Shown: in pieces, positions 60,329 to 64,000 of the stretch
Layout: every line of letters begins with the position of its first letter
Position numbering within the stretch: position 1 is the stretch's first letter
Assembly (NCBI GenBank): GCA_963663475.2
Contig: CAXXJV010000001.1
Location: 1,824,001-1,888,000 of the forward strand
Direction of reading: 5' to 3'
Length of the DNA stretch: 64,000 nt
Origin: Candidatus Cloacimonadales bacterium
Lineage (GTDB): Bacteria > Cloacimonadota > Cloacimonadia > Cloacimonadales > JAFGVF01
Program-made: the position numbers and the translations under genes
Notes under the pieces: model-generated
What the model saw: only the letters and a program-made list of their open reading frames with translations
What the model was told of the DNA's origin: nothing
Databases searched by the model: none

Positions 60329-60358
60329 AAGAGAGTATATGCTTTATACTCTCTTTTT
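60329..60358 (+). terminator. Terminator after HU
   Basis: AAGAGAGTATA/TATACTCTCTT stem plus T-run. Confidence 0.8.
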
Positions 60359-60436
60359 CTATATCCATTTATAGTTTTTATTGACATCTTTTATCGGTTA
60401 TATTAATATGTTTATAAATAAAATCATGGATGTATT

Positions 60437-61345
60437 ATGTTGAAAATAAATAAGTATTTGCTTTTGATAGTCTTGTTTACTGGTTGCTGTATTAGTTTGA
60501 GTGCTAACAACTCTCATCTAATTTTGAAAGTGGAAAATATGATTACTACTGATGATACTTTCTATATCACAAACTTTATAGAATCAAATACAGACTACAG
60601 GAATCTTGGACCTTTCTATGAGGAACTATTAGATTCTCTAGTTGTGCATAAGCAAGATCTAGATTTTTTTGTGATCTTTGCTAGAGCTGGAGCTAATTCT
60701 CTCCTAACAAAAGCTGAAGAGCTTCAATATAGCAATAGAGCTATGTCTGATAGATTAAAAAGAAGCACAATAAAGATACTAAATCAAGCTATTAATCAAG
60801 TCTATGCGAGATGGGTAGAAAATAAAAATCAAGAAAACTACTTGATGAGAAACGCCCTAGATATGATGAAACTTACTTATAGAATTAATACTCAATTACA
60901 AAATGATTTAGTAGATCATTATAATAGCTATCTTAAATATGGGGAAATCTACCTAGCACTTAATGAATTCAGTGCAGCTTTAGAATATTTCAAAGGAGCT
61001 AAAGATATTTCATCTCAGCTAGAAACACAAGAGTACGCTGATATAGCTGATGTATATATTAAATTAGCTGAAAGTAATAGTAGCTTACTTAATGATGGAA
61101 CAATCTTTGATTATGCAAACTTCATTCTCCATTACCAAGAATACTTAGAAAGATTTAATAGTTATCAAGACTATGTAAAAGTTAAAGCAAATCCTCAATT
61201 AGTTAAGGATGAGGACATGGTGGAGAAGATGGATGCTTTGAATGTAAGCTTAAGAGAATCACAAGACTGGTTAAAGAGACTCACCAGAATAAATAATAGG
61301 ATTTTTGGAGAATATAATTTCATACAATTGAGTTCTAGGAAGTAA
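60437..61345 (+). CDS. Hypothetical exported helical protein with TPR-like segment
   Basis: N-terminal signal peptide; YLKYGEIYLALNEFSAALEYFKGA TPR-like; TTGACA-N17-TAATAT upstream at 60381. Confidence 0.55.
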   Translation: MLKINKYLLLIVLFTGCCISLSANNSHLILKVENMITTDDTFYITNFIESNTDYRNLGPFYEELLDSLVVHKQDLDFFVIFARAGANSLLTKAEELQYSNRAMSDRLKRSTIKILNQAINQVYARWVENKNQENYLMRNALDMMKLTYRINTQLQNDLVDHYNSYLKYGEIYLALNEFSAALEYFKGAKDISSQLETQEYADIADVYIKLAESNSSLLNDGTIFDYANFILHYQEYLERFNSYQDYVKVKANPQLVKDEDMVEKMDALNVSLRESQDWLKRLTRINNRIFGEYNFIQLSSRK

Positions 61346-61347
61346 TA

Positions 61348-62361
61348 ATGATTCAATCAATAATCATTAATAATAAAGAAGTAGAAATTATTGATCAAAC
61401 TCTACTTCCTCAAGAAGAAAAATACATTAGAATAAACAACTATAAAGAAATGATTGAAGCTATAAAAAAGCTTCGTATTAGAGGTGCTCCAGCTATAGGA
61501 GTAGCTGGTTTAGTTGCTTGTGCTCAGGCTTGGGATAGCTTAAAGGAAGAGGATAATCTTAACTATGATCAAGTCTTTAAGGCTTTTCAAGAAATTGAAG
61601 ATGCTCGCCCTACAGCAGTAAATCTTTCCTATGCTGTAAATATTGCTAGAGTCTGCTTGCAAGATAAACAAGTAGCTTTGGCTCATGATATAATTTGGGA
61701 AAAAGCTAGAGCTTTAGCTGAGCAAGAAAAATTAGCTAGTGAGGCAATGGCTAAGTATGGGCTTGCTTGTATTTATCAAAAGCAAACTGAATTGAGAATT
61801 TTAACTCATTGTAATACAGGCTCTTTAGCTACTTACGGCCAGGGAACTGCTTTAGCTGTTATTAAAGCCTTAGCTAAAAAGACTAAAGTTAAGGTGTGGG
61901 TAGATGAAACTAGACCACTGCTTCAAGGTAGTAGATTAACTATGTGGGAGCTTATGAAAGAAGGAATAGAATGTTATCTTATTAGTGACTCTATGGCTGC
62001 TCATACTATCAAAATGAAGTCTATAGACTTAATAATTACAGGTGCAGATAGAATTACTCGAAATGGTGATTCTGCTAATAAAATAGGTACATATAGTCTA
62101 TCAATACTAGCTAAACATTTTAAGATTCCATTTTATATCGTAGCGCCTACTTCAACTATTGATTATGCTTTAGCTGAAGGGAGTGAAATTATTATTGAAG
62201 AAAGAGATAGTTCCGAATTGATATATTTAAAAGGAAGTCAAATAGCTCCTGAAGACTCTCAGACTTTTAATCCTGCTTTTGATGTTGTTGATAATGAGAA
62301 CATTGCCGCTATTATCACCGATAAAGGTGTTTTTACCAAGCCTTATGACTTCTCAAGATAA
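61348..62361 (+). CDS. mtnA: S-methyl-5-thioribose-1-phosphate isomerase
   Basis: IDQTLLP, IRGAPAIG, RPTAVNL, THCNTGSLAT, ETRPLLQG, NKIGTY. Confidence 0.95.
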   Translation: MIQSIIINNKEVEIIDQTLLPQEEKYIRINNYKEMIEAIKKLRIRGAPAIGVAGLVACAQAWDSLKEEDNLNYDQVFKAFQEIEDARPTAVNLSYAVNIARVCLQDKQVALAHDIIWEKARALAEQEKLASEAMAKYGLACIYQKQTELRILTHCNTGSLATYGQGTALAVIKALAKKTKVKVWVDETRPLLQGSRLTMWELMKEGIECYLISDSMAAHTIKMKSIDLIITGADRITRNGDSANKIGTYSLSILAKHFKIPFYIVAPTSTIDYALAEGSEIIIEERDSSELIYLKGSQIAPEDSQTFNPAFDVVDNENIAAIITDKGVFTKPYDFSR

Positions 62362-63109
62362 TAATGCAGATTTAAAGAAAGTTGCTGATTTACTCTTAAC
62401 AGCAAAACATGCTATTGCCTTCACAGGTGCAGGTATTTCTGTTGCTAGTGGTATCCCTCCTTTTAGAGGAGAAAATGGGATTTGGGCTAAGTATAATCCC
62501 CAAGTATTAGAACTTTCCTATTATTATTCTCATCCTAGAAAATGTTGGAAGTTTATAAAAGAGATTTTCTTTGAGAATTTTATAGGCGTAAAAGCTAATC
62601 CAGGTCATTATGCTTTAACTAAATTGCAAGAGATGGGATATATCCAGAATATCTTTACGCAAAACATAGATAATTTACATCAAGAGGCTGGTTCTAATAA
62701 TGTATATGAGTTTCATGGTAATAGACAGTACTTCGTTTGTAAGTCATGCCACAAGACCTATTCTGTTAATCAGGTTGATCTTGATGCAGATTACCCAAAA
62801 TGTCCAGATTGCAATTCTTTGCTAAAGCCTGATTTCATCTTCTTTTCAGAAGCATTGCCACATCTTGTCTTAGATCAAGCATATAAAGATGCTGAAATAG
62901 CAGATCTAGTATTAGTTATTGGATGCTCTGGTGAAGTTTACCCAGCTAATCAGATTCCTCATTATGCTAAAGAAATGGGGGCTTGCATTGTGGAAATAAA
63001 TCCACAGTCCTCCCTATATACATCTTCAGTTACAGATATTATGCTGCAGGGTAAATCCCAAGACATACTGACAGATTTGGTAAAAATGATACAAGAAATA
63101 AAAGGATAA
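62345..63109 (+). CDS. cobB: NAD-dependent protein deacylase (sirtuin)
   Basis: GAGISVASGIPPFRG, TQNIDNLH, HG, CxxC...CxxC; start placed at ATG 62345. Confidence 0.92.
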   Translation: MTSQDNNADLKKVADLLLTAKHAIAFTGAGISVASGIPPFRGENGIWAKYNPQVLELSYYYSHPRKCWKFIKEIFFENFIGVKANPGHYALTKLQEMGYIQNIFTQNIDNLHQEAGSNNVYEFHGNRQYFVCKSCHKTYSVNQVDLDADYPKCPDCNSLLKPDFIFFSEALPHLVLDQAYKDAEIADLVLVIGCSGEVYPANQIPHYAKEMGACIVEINPQSSLYTSSVTDIMLQGKSQDILTDLVKMIQEIKG

Positions 63110-63112
63110 AAT

Positions 63113-64000
63113 ATGAAGAATAGATTGATTATTATAGTTATTTTGCTAAGTACTTGTTTATTATTTAGTAGTGAGATTCAAGAGTTAAAAGATAGATTTA
63201 CAGGGATTCAAGGTCAGTATACTAATGGCAAAGTTGCTTTGGAATTTTCCATAAGTGATGATGTACTATGTGACAGTATCGCTGTTTATCGTAGTTACAA
63301 TACCATAGAAATACCAATTGATACTTATAAACTCCCTATATCTAAAAAACTAATTTATGCTACAAATAAATTTACAGATTCTGATATTGCAGATAATATT
63401 AGCTACTACTACCTTGCTGTTGGCTATTTCAATAATGAAGCTTGGGCTATTAGCGATAATCTAATGATTTCAATTCCTCAAAAAGAATTAGCTACTGGTG
63501 ATTTATCATATAAAGATATTCATATAGAGGTTGATAAAGAAAACTATTTCCTACAATTGCTTGCTAATAAAAATGAAGTTTTAAAGAAATATCCACTAGC
63601 AATGGGGGAGAATCCTTTCTCTCGTAAGACCATGCGAGATAGAGTTTCCAGTCCTGAAGGAATTTATCAAGTAGTGTATATTTTAAAAAATGCTACTAAC
63701 TATAAAGCTCTCGACATTAATTATCCTAATACAATTGATAGGGTAAGGTTTGAGTTGAGTAAAGATTTAGACCTTATTCCTCAGAAAGAATACATAGGTG
63801 GGGATATTCAAATTCATGGAATGGGAATCAATACTAATTGGACACTTGGTTCATTTGCTCTCAGAAATGAAGATATTGATGAGATTATAGATTCTAATCT
63901 AGTAAAACCTGGCACAAAGATAATTATAACTGGTTATGAAATTGGTAAAGATGATATTGCTTATCTAGATAGATTCTGGACTAAAGCAGAAATTAAGATT
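63113..64000 (+). CDS. Exported L,D-transpeptidase (YkuD) family protein, 3'-truncated by window edge
   Basis: Hand translation (not in ORF track): signal peptide MKNRLIIIVILL, IEVDKENYFL, SPEGIY, LDINYPN, GGDIQIHG...NWTLGSFALRN. Confidence 0.8.
   Translation, partial: MKNRLIIIVILLSTCLLFSSEIQELKDRFTGIQGQYTNGKVALEFSISDDVLCDSIAVYRSYNTIEIPIDTYKLPISKKLIYATNKFTDSDIADNISYYYLAVGYFNNEAWAISDNLMISIPQKELATGDLSYKDIHIEVDKENYFLQLLANKNEVLKKYPLAMGENPFSRKTMRDRVSSPEGIYQVVYILKNATNYKALDINYPNTIDRVRFELSKDLDLIPQKEYIGGDIQIHGMGINTNWTLGSFALRNEDIDEIIDSNLVKPGTKIIITGYEIGKDDIAYLDRFWTKAEIKI

Overview
AT-rich bacterial chromosomal window. It probably comes from an anaerobic diderm such as Cloacimonadota; this is inferred from the NYPNPFNP/FlgD-type C-terminal domain protein and the gene content, and is not proven. 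Most of it is housekeeping: gmhA, tRNA-Leu(TAG)-tig-clpP-clpX, gpmA, pduO, ridA, a nucleoside porin plus BMP/ABC uptake operon facing cdd, uvrC, trxA, potABCD, alr, PIN-PhoH, radA, gltX, holB, HU, mtnA and cobB. The less ordinary parts are as follows. (1) An apparently intact group II intron (7630-9740) with a non-canonical GUUUG 5' end, inserted right after the clpX terminator. (2) A trimeric [FeFe]-hydrogenase operon (hydCBA) preceded by a HydS/Hfs-type regulatory cassette whose sensory hydrogenase is reduced to a PAS domain plus C-terminal tail with no H-cluster domain; it lies divergent from two tandem PAS-PocR-GAF hybrid kinases. (3) A 1824-aa Ser/Thr kinase-NTPase-TPR-GAF-histidine kinase coupled to uvrC. 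(4) Three unrelated families of intergenic palindromic repeats: a MITE-like family with ACCC ends, 3-bp TWA duplications and telescoping internal deletions (8 copies or fragments), long near-perfect hairpins with compensatory changes (2 copies), and a REP/BIME-like cluster. (5) Odd proteins: an alanine racemase with a ~260-aa unknown C-terminal extension, a tail-anchored PotD, an L,D-transpeptidase with Ser in place of the catalytic Cys, and a frameshifted HU. All calls come from motif reading by eye; no searches were run.
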